64,000 nucleotides of DNA from contig JANJGN010000023.1 in NCBI GenBank assembly GCA_026770705.1, positions 5,766,001 through 5,830,000 of the forward strand, written 5' to 3'. The DNA is from Isurus oxyrinchus. Taxonomy: Eukaryota. Every line of letters begins with the position of its first letter. Positions within the stretch are counted from its first letter, which is position 1. The position numbers and the translations under genes are program-made. Below, piece by piece: positions 23,301 to 37,216 of this stretch. Below the pieces are notes generated by a model. That model saw only the letters and a list, made by a program, of their open reading frames with translations, was not told where the DNA came from and did no database searches.

Positions 23301-26300
23301 CAATTTCGGAAAGATAAAGCACACAAGGCTTTGTGAGCTTCCAGTATAAATGTTTTGTTACATCCAAAAGCGGCAACAGTTACGCATGTTGAATCTTTAC
23401 CTTCGTTTACTATCGAATGACTTACATGATAAATATTTAAAATGGTAAAATGCGAATGGGAGAAACGGAGAAGTAATGTTCTTGGACTAATCTTAATAAT
23501 AAAACGTAGGTACTTATATATGACTAAACGCCAGCACCGTAGCAGAACAAAGGAGAAAGACTAGGATACGAGTTAATGCAGGGGTTCACCTGCTAGTTCT
23601 AACAAACGAAAGTCCTTTGTGTTTTCATATAAGACGTTAAAATATATTGAATCATATATTTATGTTAACTTTAATGGGCTTTCCCGGTATTTATTCGTGA
23701 GCAGGGTTCGAGTGCTGAGAGAAATCCCATCGAAAAGGGTTAGCTCTTCGCTGCGGACTACTAAACTCATAAATTATTTACCTTGTCTGGAAAACAAATG
23801 TTCATGAATCATTGGATGCCATAAACGGCTATGTTTAAAATTCGTTTGCTTTTTTTTTGCTAAATTAATATGAGGACATCCGAAGGGGAAAAAGAGAAGG
23901 AAAAGAGCATTAATATCGACGCATGAAGATGGGTCTGAATGAGTACTCTTGAATTCAACACATATAGACCCACACGCGCGCATTCACAGTTGAGTAAAAG
24001 ACATTGAGAATTATTCTCCCGGTGAACTAATTTACAGTCTTTGAGTATCAGGAGCATGCTTAAACATTTGCTGTTGGCCTAAGTGGATAAAAAAAAGGAA
24101 AAGAAATAAAATATGTCTTGGCTCATTGTGACAGATATAAGCCTCTCTCTGAATGACCTTTCCTTGAATAGTAATAACTCACCACATTAATGATCAATCA
24201 ACGGGAGGGTTTGAAATGTCTCCAAAATAACAATCCGTCCCACTATCCCAGGCTTTCTCTGCGATCGCATATAATCCTTTTATAAGAGATATTGGACGGC
24301 ACACATATCTTCCCCCTGACCCGATTTGTTTTTTAAATGGCCTGCTGTAAATAATCAGAGTACTGACTGGGTGATCACAGCCCGGAGACACAGGCGAAGG
24401 CCTTCCATCCAAATGCCAGAGTAAATGCGCTTGGATTATGCATTCACGTGGTCAGTACGTCAACGTTTCCCCATTTTATACAGACTTTAGCAATTGTTAA
24501 TTGAACTCTTTTTTTTGTGTTGCATCGCTGAAACTTGCGCATTTCAAAAACTTCTCGCTTTCTAGTGGATTGACGAAAGATACTCTACATTCTTACTGTT
24601 TTCCGTAAAAGCTGTTTGCAAAGGTAGGTTGTTTTCCTTTTAAGAATCAAAATAAATTCACATAATTAGCTTCTTCCAAGGAACCTAGATTAGGAAAAGT
24701 AGAGATTGAGTAAATTTTGTTTGCATCCCCAACCGCACTCCCCCCGCCCCCCCAACCCGTCCCCCTCTCCAACTTTCGCTGTTAAAAAGCAGCACGTTGA
24801 TTTTTGAGGAGGCAAGCTTTACTGGGACGCCTGTTTTGGATCAGAACTGATAACCTGTGATCTTCCCACTCTGCTATGTGGAACGCTTGTGATAGTGGGT
24901 TTGGTTTACACCCACGCACAGTCTGTCAAAGAAATGCGGGACTCCAAAATTAAACGCCTTATTTATTCTTAACAAGCAAAGGATTAGTTCACAGCAGTAC
25001 ACGTTCTTTCGCAAAGTGGTCACATATCCGATAGTAAAATTAGCAGCATGTCTCTGCTCCCATTCGGCAGATTTAAAGTGAAGTTACATGTAAACTTGTT
25101 TTTTTAGAATAATTCATCGCATAATTTGTGGAACAGTCGTAAAACATGTAATATGTGCGTATATCTTTATATACAATATATATTACATCATGTGTATTAA
25201 TTTAACCAAACATTATTTATTTGATACTCTGTTTTGGGTAGGTGTTGCTTGAAATAGATGTTGTGATTTCAAATAAGAACTATTCATCAAAATGCAATGT
25301 GCCAGTACGTTATACACCCATCGGAATGTGCTCAAGCGTCTTAAGTTAGGCCGCAGTATTAAAATCTAAAAAAAATCGCCTTCGTTAAATAATGTACTCT
25401 TCAATATTTAAATAAGTTTTTGCTATAATAGTGAATGCTCGCCGTGCAAAAAAACGTGTTGCATAATGTACACTGGCACGTTTCCAAATGTACCTTTTCA
25501 TCTGACCTATTAATGCATAACTTGTGCTTAATGTGACATTTGACCTATAGCACAGTGACGTGCTATAGAGCAGTTTGCGCTCTGCAACTTGCCTCGTATC
25601 ACTGCCTTTACATTTTGAATTTCAAACGGCTGAGAAATTAATGCAAACCTAAAAAATCACAAACTAAGATAAATAAAGATATTGATTTAAATTAATGAGA
25701 ACGCTGTTTTGGTGGGTTGAGATTGCCTGGCATTAGTCAAAGGGAGATCAATAGGGTTACTGTACAACTAGAACAGAGGGTCTTTGATCTACGAAGCTAA
25801 GCACAATTGCAGTGACAAACTCTTTGCTTCACTTGCGAGATAATGCAGAAGAGGCTGTACAACAGGAAAGAGTTAATTTTTAATAAGGATGTCTTTAATG
25901 CCTTTGTTCTTTTACCAAATACTTTGCAGCTCAGTGCATAGAAAGAACATTTCGGAGTGTCCTTTAGAATCTGTAACTAGCTTAGGTTGTTTCGGCAGCC
26001 ACCAAGAAAAATGCATCAAAAAAGCCACGAGTTTTCCATTTGGATATTATTTCCATAAAAAGGGCCCTCTGTTATAAAACAGTCAGCTCTGCTTATATGC
26101 CAAAAACGATCAAATTCAATTTGATTATTTCTAGATCCATTCTGACGCCTGCAGTTCAAACTATCTTCCTCAGTATACCAAACACTTGGAACATTTTCAT
26201 TTTGCCGGAGGCTGGCCGCAGCATATAAAAATGATTTGTTAAAAAAAGGAGAGGAATTTAATGTAAACCCATTTTCTGCTAACATCAAACGCCGCCTTAT

Positions 26301-27807
26301 CGCTAGTCGTCTATCTGGCTAGGAATGCCTGAGGAAATGGAAACCTATTAAAACGTTTTCCGTTAACAGAATGTTGCACTCCCATGAATTAGAAAATGGT
26401 CCAGCACTTTTTGGTACTATTTCAGGGTGGCGCATTCTTTACCAACAAACCGTTCTGTTGCATTCTAAAATAACGGCTATATTCTCAACAGTGGTTAGTA
26501 AAGCAGAAGTTATTTTCGTATGGAATAAAAGTAGAGATGAAACAATTCTGGAAACTGGAAAGAGGTAAATTAATTCTCTCTCTCAAGGTTTCAATGAAAA
26601 AACCAAGAGATTGAGTTGAGGATCTTTAAGCGGCCAACACTGGATGGGTCTTTAATTTGGGAACTTTTAAAGTCGCGAGCACAATAGGTAAACACTGTTT
26701 ACCCAGGTCATAAATCATGTGCACATTCATCTTGAGGATAACACCCTAACTGAAAATGCTTTTGAAGCTTCTTCCACGAATTCGGAAGTGTTAACAGCCA
26801 TCAAAGGTAGGCCCAAACCAAACGTTTAACTGTTTGAAAGATCTTTCGGAAGTTTGAGGAGAAAAAGAATTTTTTTTAAGAAATCTTCACCCGCCTTCTC
26901 AAGAAAGAGCACTTTGGGGGAGACGGGATGGGGGGCGGCGGTAGTTGGTGTGGGAGAGGCCATGTCTGTCTTAATCCGTTACACACAAAAGTCAGCAATA
27001 GTTCACGGAAACCAACCGGGGACCTCTCTCTCTCAGGTCACACTGTGGGCCATTAATTATATCCACCCTGGAATTCAGAGCTGCTGAGGGGAAAAATGTT
27101 TAAACTGCAGTTTACTTGTTCGCTTACCTGTTGGATTATTGCAGTGGAGCTTTTGGAAAAAGATAACTGAATTTGGGCTTTCATCACAGGTAGTGGTGCT
27201 CAGCTATACCAACACCACCCCCCCTCCCCCACACCTCCCCCTCCACTGGAGGAAAAATATTTATTGGACTCTGGTGGATTTTGAAAAAAAAAATGCTTTC
27301 TGGAAATCACGGGATTGTCATCGAAAGATGTATGGGTTCGTCTGGCAGGAATGAATTCAAGAGCGGCCAAACTGCGACCAGACATTTGCCTGAACGGACT
27401 TCCAGGAAAAACCCGGGCAGTTTCATTACTGCAGAAGTTTAATTCTGTACGTGTTGTTCAAAAAATAAAACAAACTCAAACTACTATTATAAACTTAGCG
27501 TGATTTAAGGATAAGGCTATTGCCAACAGAGGCAATAAAAAACGACAGAATGTCAAATAGAACGCAAAATGAAGATGTGAGTTAACTTGTCCAATAGGAA
27601 CTGGCCTGGTCGATGGATGTCAGAAATTGCTGCCATATGAGCTGAGGATTCGCAGAGCAACATTAGCCGGATTCCTTTAAATACTGGACACGCCAGTTAA
27701 ATATGCTGTGATGTTCAACAGCGGGCGAGAGTGAATAAGAAATGCAGAAAGCGAGGGAGAGACATACAGAAAAGAGAGACAGAGAAGAAAGCAATAGCGA
27801 GAGAGAA

Positions 27808-27865
27808 GGGGGGGGGGGGGGGGGGCGTGGGGGGCGGTGGTGGTGGTGGTGGGTGGGGGGGGGGG
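27808..27865 (+). repeat. Poly-G/(GGT)n G-rich tract
   Basis: G18 run followed by further G runs and GGT repeats. Confidence 0.9.
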
Positions 27866-30800
27866 AATGGAGAGAGATATCTTAAATAGAAGCAACGTTA
27901 GTTCCTGAGTACAATGATACAGTCGTACTATGTCAATTTCCTAACAATGTCCAAGTGAGTTATAAAATGATTACAGTCATTACTTTCAAGCAAATAAACC
28001 CCAAATCTCTACGGAGTGCGAACAGGGCATCACCTTATCCTATTTTTGTTCCTCCAATTGCAACAATTTCGGACAATTGCTCCTTAGAGACCGACCACAT
28101 TTCAACACAAAGGAATGGAAAAGGCATGGAAAATTTGGCATCAAAAATACAAGCTTTTTGGTGATTTGAAGCCAGCATTGAACAAAAAAATCAAAAATCG
28201 TGATCTCTCGTAAAAGAGAACCATATACTACTGGAGCCATCAAGTGAATTGTATCTCAAAATTAGTTTCGTTTTTGTATTATCAGTAAAAGGTCAGAGGT
28301 TATAGTTATTGCATTTTCACTTTTATAATAGCCAGTCTGGGAGCGTGGAGCAGCATCACTATAATTTATTACCATGTCTTTACTGGAGCTAATTTTATCG
28401 GTTATTGAGAAGCGTTGAAACGCCATGAGTTGCAAAGTCAGGAACATTACATACCTACCTACAACGCTGATCGTTTAATTATATATTCTTTCTTCAAGGA
28501 AATATGTGAATTTATACTGAACACGTTTACGCACAGCGACCGCTTAGCTTGGCTATCTTTGTCGAAGTTGGCTGATGTTTACATATTTTATTTTACAGAA
28601 GATTAGCAGCGAAATTAGGATGTTTGTAGGGTTTTATTTATGACCCATGATCTTATCGCACGTCCTGCATTAATTCTTACCATTAATTTTCCATTAAGTT
28701 CTTCTTTCAATATTGTCATTCAATGTATGAACGAAGTATAAATTATTTAACCACCTGACTATTATTTAAGAAGCGATTTGTTTATAAATTGTAATGGTTG
28801 TATGTTTAGTTTTGTTTCCTATCACTATTCAAATATTGGGAAATGTAAGTGTATTGACATCCTCACCCACTCTTCTGCGTAGTGTGAGATAGGCTGTGGT
28901 ACAGTTCCCATTGAAAATAGTCGTAATTTTTCATCAATTTTAAATAGCCATATATAGCCAAGCAAAATATATTAACAGGGAGAAGGGACATGATTTATTA
29001 TGAGGAGTGTAATTACCTGTATATTAAATAGCCATCTTATAAGAGCAACGTCTATTCTGAGAGTATGTAGGGTTGTTTCCTTGCAACCCTTAATACATTA
29101 TCATCCCTTTAAAAGGATTTTATTTAAAGTATATCTGTTAAGTTTGAAGGATATCAACGCAAATGAACGATGTAGATAAGGGAGAGAGCAAAGCAATTAT
29201 GAAATGAGACACCATAAATAAATCTTAGACTCGTTCACAAAGTTAATTCTGTCAGCTGATGGATAGAGAGGGAAAAAAAGTTAAGGGGAAAGAGTCCAGA
29301 GATCACAGAACTTGAGCAATTTCCCTTCGTGATTGCATAATTTTGTTGTTTTTTTCATGCAGTGGAATGTGATCTGTAGGAGAAAAAAATTAGCAGACAT
29401 TTTGATAAAAATTCCAAGAACTGAAAATAATAAGATACAAAATATTGTTCAATATCTCGGCACGGTTTCGAATACTGTGTTTTCGGAGTTTTCCTATTTT
29501 TGAAACAGATTAGCTCTAGTCTTTATGTGTTGCTTTCTATAGAAGTCGCCACCGCTCGTTAAAGAGAGTCGAACGAACAAAGCCTTTAGGAGGGGCTTTT
29601 CGTTGTGTGGATCGGCGCGGCATTGTCAGGCTTGTTTTAGAGCATAGTTATCGTATGTAAGGAAGTGGTTGTAAATTCTACGGATAGAAGAAACAGCCAT
29701 TAAGCCTTAACATTTTCAGAATGTAAGAGCGTATTTTGCCTTTCCATGGTATAAATTATTTCTAAAATAAAATACACATTGCTATCAGCGCCTCTGAACG
29801 AATGCAGAGCGACTGAGCATGATTCATGTGTGTTGAGGGCACAGAGTCACATTATTTTTCCATTTTGGTGCTGGGAGTTACCAATTAATAAAGCCTCAAT
29901 TGAATCTAGGGTCAGACTTGCAAAGAAATTTACACATCTTTCCTATGGAAGCTAAGCAATATCCAATTGTGTTCTAATATCGATTTGGTAATGCCTTACC
30001 CCTTTCTCTTTTCTCAGGAGCCTTTTTTTGGCAAATGAAGAAAATCGACATCCCGAAGGCCTGCCAATCATAGAGCAACTCTGTGTTTTCATTGTTTTCC
30101 CCCTCATTTACAAGCACATAACTATTATTCAGAGATTGAGGAAAACAGATTATGTGCCACAATTTGTTATAAGACATATAGACTTTGTCAATCCATTCAA
30201 TGACTGCCTACCTTTACTTTATGTAACATATATATATATGACTATGTGAAACATATATATGAATGTCAAATACAAAAGAACAAAGAAGATACATCATATT
30301 TATGATAAAATGCATTACACCATTAGCAAGTTCCAAATTTGTTCCATGTTACTTGTAGTTTGTTCTCAAGTAATAGTGTCTGTCATTGACGTCTGTGCCT
30401 TGTACATTAAACAATTAAATGGTTAAGAAACATTTTGAGATTTTCATCTGTGTTGAGTTAACAGGACATACAATAGATAATTCCAACGAAGCCGTCTGTA
30501 ATTATCAAAACAAACACTTGAAAACACTTCAGATAATCATAATTAAAAACGACCATTAAGTATCCCTCAATAAGAAAAAGATTGCTATTCAGCTGACAGA
30601 TAATGGTATTTTGAAAGGCACGCGTGTTTCAATACTGATGTTCCTTGCCTGCTGCAACCATTAATATTTAATGCCAATCACTGAGTTATTCTAATTTTAC
30701 TACATAAAGGTTTGCACTAACGATCGGTGTTAAATGTTACGCTGCTATTAATGGCTTCAATTTGACTGGCTGGCGTCCAACCGCAGAATAAAAGGACCGA

Positions 30801-33734
30801 GGCGTTGTGGAAGTCTGTTAGTCTTCGCTCATTTTCAAAATTGGGTTTCGCAATTCATTTCTGGTCACCCAAAGCGCCTCCTTTACTAGGTTTTTATTCC
30901 AATGAGGCGTTGTGTTTTAAAGAATTCATACAAAACTATCCATAATTGGTAATCACGGATGCTGTAATTTAAGACCCCCAGCTATAGCTTTCATATTATC
31001 CTCTGATCTATTGCTACAAATGGCCCGCAATAATCAACTCTGGGGAGAGGATTACAACCTTCCTCATTCCTGAATATCATCACTTGCACATCATTCTCAA
31101 AGAGCATGATTTATCACACAGGCGAACATAAACAACACACAACTTACACACAATGGCATCCATAGTGTTGCTGACATATTTTGCAATAAATCAAGAAAGC
31201 AAGAAGAAAAACATTCACACAAAAAATCAAAGAAAATGGAGAAATAAACAAACATACCACCGTGGTAAATTGAAAAATAGGAGGAAAGACACTATTTGTC
31301 AAATGTTATGACAGTCCTGTAAAACATAAATAACACACATAATATTTACATACAGAGACACGAGGCACTGCAGCTGTACTTACAATAATCCAACCCACGG
31401 TGTGTCTCTCTTCCCAAATTGTTTTATTCCAGCCTCTCTCTCAAGTTAAAGGCTTGTTTTTAAAAGGACAGTAGATTTTCACGTCAGACATAGGGAGACC
31501 ATGTCGGCGATTTACCGACGAATACATATCTATTCTGCAACAGCTGCATTAATTATTTAATGAGTCACGTGATCGAGGGGGAAGGGGGGATTTCAAATTC
31601 ATACTCCAAGGAGAAGTGTCACCTTCCACTGGGAGAGCGGAAAATATTTCATATCTCTCCTTATTCCCCATGATTTTGTTCTCAAAAACGTATCAATACA
31701 TTGCTAGTGATTCTTGTTAAAAAGCGGGATTCAGAGGCTCTTGCAGAGATTCTGTAAGGCGAGAACTAAATGGAAGTGTGACTGTATCAATAGATTTAGA
31801 GGTTTCTAAGTCTCGTTTTTTGCACCCTGAGACGCTTCTTCAGACTCACAACCATGACCATCTTTTATCGCGCCGATGGTATTCTATTCATCATATATAT
31901 TAGACCGAGGAACTGCCTGTTTCATTCCACCACCAGTTAGCTTCTCTCATGCATTGTCTTTCCAAGTTTTACACTCTCCGTTTTACCCTTCATATCCTTC
32001 CTTTCTGTCGCACAGTTCTCTTTGTACTACTGTGGAACCAATATATCTTTTACAAGAAAGATCCCTTTTCACTTACACAAGGACACTTTTATTCCTTCTG
32101 TTACAACCTGGCAACCAGTCGCTACCAGCAACATAAATACCTCCCTAAAAAATTCGAATAGTTAGTAGAATAACACATTTTTAAAAAAAAAATCCATTCC
32201 GAGGTGTTTTGCGTTTGTGACATTATAACGATTCTAGCAAATCTGTGCTAGGGGACACTGAATCTCAGTTATTGGCAAGAAGGTGTGCATAGGGGTGGGA
32301 GATCCTCGTTATTTTTTCTGGCAGCAGCAATGCTTTGGAAAAAGCAATAATCTTAGTGAGAATCATTCTCCGAGAAACCAATTTGACACAGTGCTGTCTA
32401 ACTTGGTCTTGTTTCAATATTCTCTCTGCGGGTAATTCCTAATGTGCAGACCAGCAATATAAATTGCGGTAGGTGTATTTACAATAGCATTAGGGGTTGT
32501 TTCGTTACAAGTTTAAAAAATCCGCCTTAAGTGGCCCAAAATATTACCTGGGACTCGGCCTTTGTTCTCGTCAGAATCCCCACAGTTTTCAGAAAATTAT
32601 AATGACATAATTTAATGCAGTCCTTATAAATCCCATCCGTCATATTTATTGCATTCTAAAATGATGTTAGAAAATTCCAGAGGCTTAAAAAGAAAATAAA
32701 GCACATTTAGTTATAAAAGCCTTGTAAATAATTCGAAAAGGAAAGAGTTACGGGGCGGAGACTTCTTAACTAACAAAGCCATCATTTTCGTTTATTTGCT
32801 TTCAACATATATTTGAAACTTTTTTCTAAACTACATGCTAAATTATTGCATTTACGTGTTTATTGCCTAGAAAAAAACACAAACGTCACATTAATAAACT
32901 GGAGTTAAAAGAATTCAGTAAAGGTGCGGAAACTGGGCTTCAGTTTCACGCCCTGTTAATAGAATTTGTATTCCACGGTAGTTGCTTCTTAAATCGTGAA
33001 AAGGTGATATCTATTTTCTATTCTTAGTGAAGGGGCGCACTGAGTAACAATAAGGTTTGGATTAAGGCGTTCACTTCTGTAGCGGGGCTTTGATAAGAAT
33101 AAACTGGTTTGAAAAGCCCAACACGTTGTGCCCACGGAATGCTTCTCTCTATCCCTCTCTGCCTCTCCCTCTTGCCCGATGCTCATTGTCCGCAAGGAAA
33201 CCGAATATAAAGATAAAAAAGTCAGCCTAAAATCCTATTCTTGTCATGAATATACAAACATGTTGAAATGAAATTTCAGGGCATGTCAATATATTAAATC
33301 TTCTGCAGAGAAAAGACAGGCTGAGAGCAAAACAATGGTCCACTTCATCTCAATGGTTGGATGTTTTAGAGACCATCTTTAAATGTGATTGCAACACGCA
33401 CACACATACACACATATGCATCTAAAATTCATTCCACAACCTACTCTTAGCTGTCACTGAATATTAAAAATGAAAAGAGATTTCAAAACAAACATTCAAG
33501 ATCGTCCATCTTTTCTAATGGAAGTTGGAAATAATTGCACACAGGCAAGTCTAACAGAACGGACACTTTTCAGAGACGCAGCACCGAATTTAAGTCGAAT
33601 GAACGAAGGGTAACCCTAGATTTTTTTATCCTTTAGTATTGAGAATGTTCAGATAGAACAGAGTCATGTCTTAAAGGTCAAGGGTTTCAGAGGTCAGACT
33701 GCTAGAATAAAAACAGCTAATCGGATAGAAAAGT

Positions 33735-33751
33735 TGTCCTTTCCGTGAACC
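33735..33751 (-). promoter_or_regulatory. Hoxb4 3' DR5 RARE (early neural enhancer, ENE)
   Basis: GGTTCA-cggaa-AGGACA, 3' of HoxB4. It matches the PG4 3' RARE pattern and position. Confidence 0.8.
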
Positions 33752-33990
33752 CTTTCGGCCGTCCCGCTGACCAACCATCACGCTGCTTTTATTCCGTAAG
33801 ATTCATATATGTTTAAAAACACCATAAAAAGATAAGCCTCAAAACGCTAACTAGAAGCAGATTCTACAGCCAATGCAATGATTGTATGTTTCAAGTTGCG
33901 CACAGCGAAGTGTGCGTTCACATTTAATTGTCAAAAGAACAACAAAGCGATTTTAAAGTGAGGAAATTAATTGACTTTGTTTGCTATTAC

Positions 33991-34110
33991 CTTTCCTTTC
34001 AGCATTTTCCTTTTTCGAACCCTGAGCATTTTTACGATTTTTAATCATGGTTGAGAGGGAATCTTCCGATCTGACTGAGAAATTCCACGCTCTGCCCATA
34101 TTTTTAAAGA
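33991..34110 (-). promoter_or_regulatory. Putative HoxB3 distal (P2-like) promoter and non-coding exon
   Basis: TATA-like TTTAAAAATA near 34100 directly downstream of the CR3 element, and donor AAG|GTAATA at 33991. Confidence 0.45.
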
Positions 34111-34197
34111 ACCCTCCAGGTCGCGCACCACTTTTCCCGGGGAAGAGCCATCCAGATTTGCTGTTGAGTAACAATGGGAGAAGTATTTAAAGAAAGC

Positions 34198-34225
34198 AGT
34201 GATTAATGATTTCAAGTTAATTCTC
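34198..34225 (-). promoter_or_regulatory. Hoxb4/Hoxb3 shared late neural enhancer core (CR3, HS1+HS2)
   Basis: GAGAATTAACTTGAAATCATTAATCACT contains two TAAT cores, one of them a TGATTAAT Pbx/Hox4 site. It closely resembles the CR3 HS1+HS2 sequence as I recall it. Confidence 0.7.
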
Positions 34226-36565
34226 ACATTTTCAGAACCTCTCTGCGTACAAATAATGCCTGTGAACTTTAGTTGTATAGCATGCATTCAGAGCCTTTGG
34301 CAACAGTCTGGCAGAGGGTGTAGGGCTGGCTGGCCTGTTATCTGTGTCTATGAATAGAGAAAATTGAGCAGCGATTGCCGAGATTCAATGAATAATTCTT
34401 ATATTATTAACTAAAGTAATTACTCCTCAAAACACTTCAGAATTATATACCTTAACGAAAATGTTACATTTGGAAAGGCTGCATTTCACATCGTCTCAGT
34501 TTCGTGGGACCTCCGGGGGGCGGGGGTTGGGGGGGGGGAGGTGGGGGTTGGGGGGAGAACACAAAACACGTATACATTGGTTAGACAGGATTTTCTCATA
34601 TAAGCGACAGATTGTAAATCTTTCTGTTGTCTCCAAAGGCAAAACGTGATTTCAGAAAATCAAACTTTATTCCTGTTTCTTTTGTAGCAATTGAATATGT
34701 GAAATCTCATCATGCTGCAAAACACACTACAAACAACCATCAAAAAAGGGCACATTGTATCGTGTTCAGATCAATGATGTTTTGCAGGTTGCATTTGAAA
34801 TGAATAATTTTGAAGGGTGGGAATGGGGTAGGGTGGGATTACCATATCGTTCATTATAACTTCAAAATGCAGTTTGGTAACATTTTTGTTAAATTACAGG
34901 TCTAAGGCAAAATACGTGCATCAGTGAACTAAACTCTTGAACCAGTGAACATTTCTCCCAACATTGTGTAGAATATTGCGCTGTGTATTGATATGGACTC
35001 CGGTTAGCTTTTCTTTCGAAATTTGCTGCATTTTCAGATTCTAGATTGCATATGTAATGTGTTATATGAAAGAAAATTAAAATTAATACGGAGCTTCATC
35101 TGACAAAAGAGGCCATTTGTCTTCTTGATTATCTATTTGCTTGTCAAAGCTTGAACCATTACACCCTCCAATCCCTTTCCAATACCCAAACACACATGCA
35201 CAAAGAGAAAAAAATGCCAAGAGGTATGGTATAAATGATAGAAAAGGATTTAACTTCACAAGATTAAGGATTGTGCAAGAAAAAGGGATATAGTAACGAT
35301 CCTAAACAATCAAGGAATAACAGATAACTATAGTGAATTAACAAGTCTTCACAAAAGAGTGTTTTCCAAACTTATTACTCCAATGTATTATTGTGCAATA
35401 CATTTATATTCACAAACAGGTGTAAAAGCCTCTAACAATGTAGAATAAGTATTACATTTGTTTTGAGGTGTACCCCTTTTGGCAATTTTTCCACCAAGCC
35501 AATGTCCTTTGTTATCACTCTGGCCAACTCACACAGATGGATGGATGAGTTTAGAAAAATCTGCAGTCATGTTACCAGATCATATTGCTTCGAGAATTTG
35601 ATCGGCAGAGTAGGTATAAATAAACAAAGGAAAAGATACACCTTGAAAAAAATTTATTTCGGTTATTACTATGTACACGTATTTTGGTCTGGATGAGAGT
35701 CAATACATACAGAACAATGCAAGGACATAGACTGCTAACGAAAATACAAACTCCTGTGGGCCCGAACGAAGTAGCTGCTAAACTTCATAGTTTGGAATGT
35801 CATAAAGAGTGATAAGGAAATGAAAACAGTTCATCTACCTAACCTTCCACTTCTTTCGGCTATTATACAATCTCCTAATACTAAGGCCAGAAGCAAGTAT
35901 TGTATCGTGGCTGTACAAGTCACATGCAACATTTTCATAACCACTTTAAATAACTTTGTTGACATAATTTATTCCTACATATGATTTTTACACGTTTGTT
36001 TTTAAAGTCCAACTACATACATTTTTATTGGCACCGAAAGTAATATATTTGGGATCAAAACGTCTGAGGAAATGGAGTACATGTCAGTGTAATATTCCAA
36101 AGAAAATACCCAAAATGTTTCTTTTTGTAAACCCCATTGGAAAATGACTCCGAGCTTAAAACCACAAGGGCCATCTTGCCGAACTGATTCAACATTCTTG
36201 TTGTGGGTTTGTTTTTGTGTGAATAAAAGACAGTTTGTCATCCCAGGTTGACGAAACGGAGCCTCATTTATTAAAGTGTTCGTTTGCTGTCGAGGTAATC
36301 GTAGGCATAGAGTTCATCCTTTGTACCACCAAGTAAACATGACAAATGGGGAGACTTTGGCGTGATTAAAGATGAAACGAGGATTCATCTTTGCCAATCT
36401 CTTCTGAAAACTGCAATCTACAATATTACTTATGGGGGAGGGGTGAGAGGAGTGGGCAAAATCGGAGTATTTACAGTTTAGAGTTTGCCATTATAAATAA
36501 ACAGTCTTTCAGTTAAAATCCTATGCTTATGCGCGCGTCTACCAATTTCTCTCCCACAAGAGCAG

Positions 36566-36885
36566 CTATAATGTGGCTGATGGTCCACTTGGCTCCTGGT
36601 TCTGAGAGCTTCCTTGCGATTGATGACTTGCAGAGGATGAGGAGCCTGTAGTAGATCTGATTTTGGTATTTGGCAACTTGTGGTCCTTTTTCCATTTCAT
36701 TCGCCTGTTCTGGAACCATATTTTAATCTGTCGTTCTGACAGGCAAAGAGAATGGGCTATTTCCACTCTGCGTCTCCGGGTTAGGTACCGATTAAAATGG
36801 AACTCCTTCTCCAGCTCTAGAACTTGCTGCCTCGTGTAAGCAGTGCGGGAGCGTTTGGGTTCCCCTCCTTTGTAATTAGGGTTCA
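36566..36885 (-). CDS. hoxb4: Hox-B4 exon 2 (homeodomain)
   Basis: [78 protein letters not shown] (RRVEIAH and LPNTKIRS are B4-type). Acceptor ttcAG at 36886-36887. Confidence 0.96.
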
Positions 36886-37072
36886 CTGAACAAAAAGCAA
36901 CAACACAGAAATAACTGACTGAACACCACGAATCTCACAAGGAATAGAACTAGTGCACTTAAAGTAAGCATTAGCGTAAGAAAAATGTAAAAAGTTCACT
37001 TCTATCATTAACTGCTGCTCAAAGAGATCTGAGCGGCTAGGACACAACACATCAAAGGCACATGGCCAGAAG

Positions 37073-37140
37073 TGTAATTGTACTGCAATAAAAATTTATG
37101 GAGGATGTGATTACTGACCTCCAGATAGGCGATCGTAAAT
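37073..37140 (-). promoter_or_regulatory. HB-1 homeodomain-binding element in the Hox4 intron
   Basis: GTAATCACATCCTCCATAAATTTTTATTGCAGTACAATTACA has the opposed CCATAAA/TTTATTG sites and TAAT cores typical of PG4 introns. Confidence 0.75.
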
Positions 37141-37216
37141 CTAAAGAATGGCTATTTACAGTGGGTGCAATAGATCCCGGCTTTCAGGTGGTAAAAAGCC
37201 CAGGCAAACGACTCAC

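Noticed and set aside
29577-29606. Hairpin followed by a T run, resembling a rho-independent terminator
   Set aside because: Eukaryotic locus with a short imperfect stem; no bacterial context.
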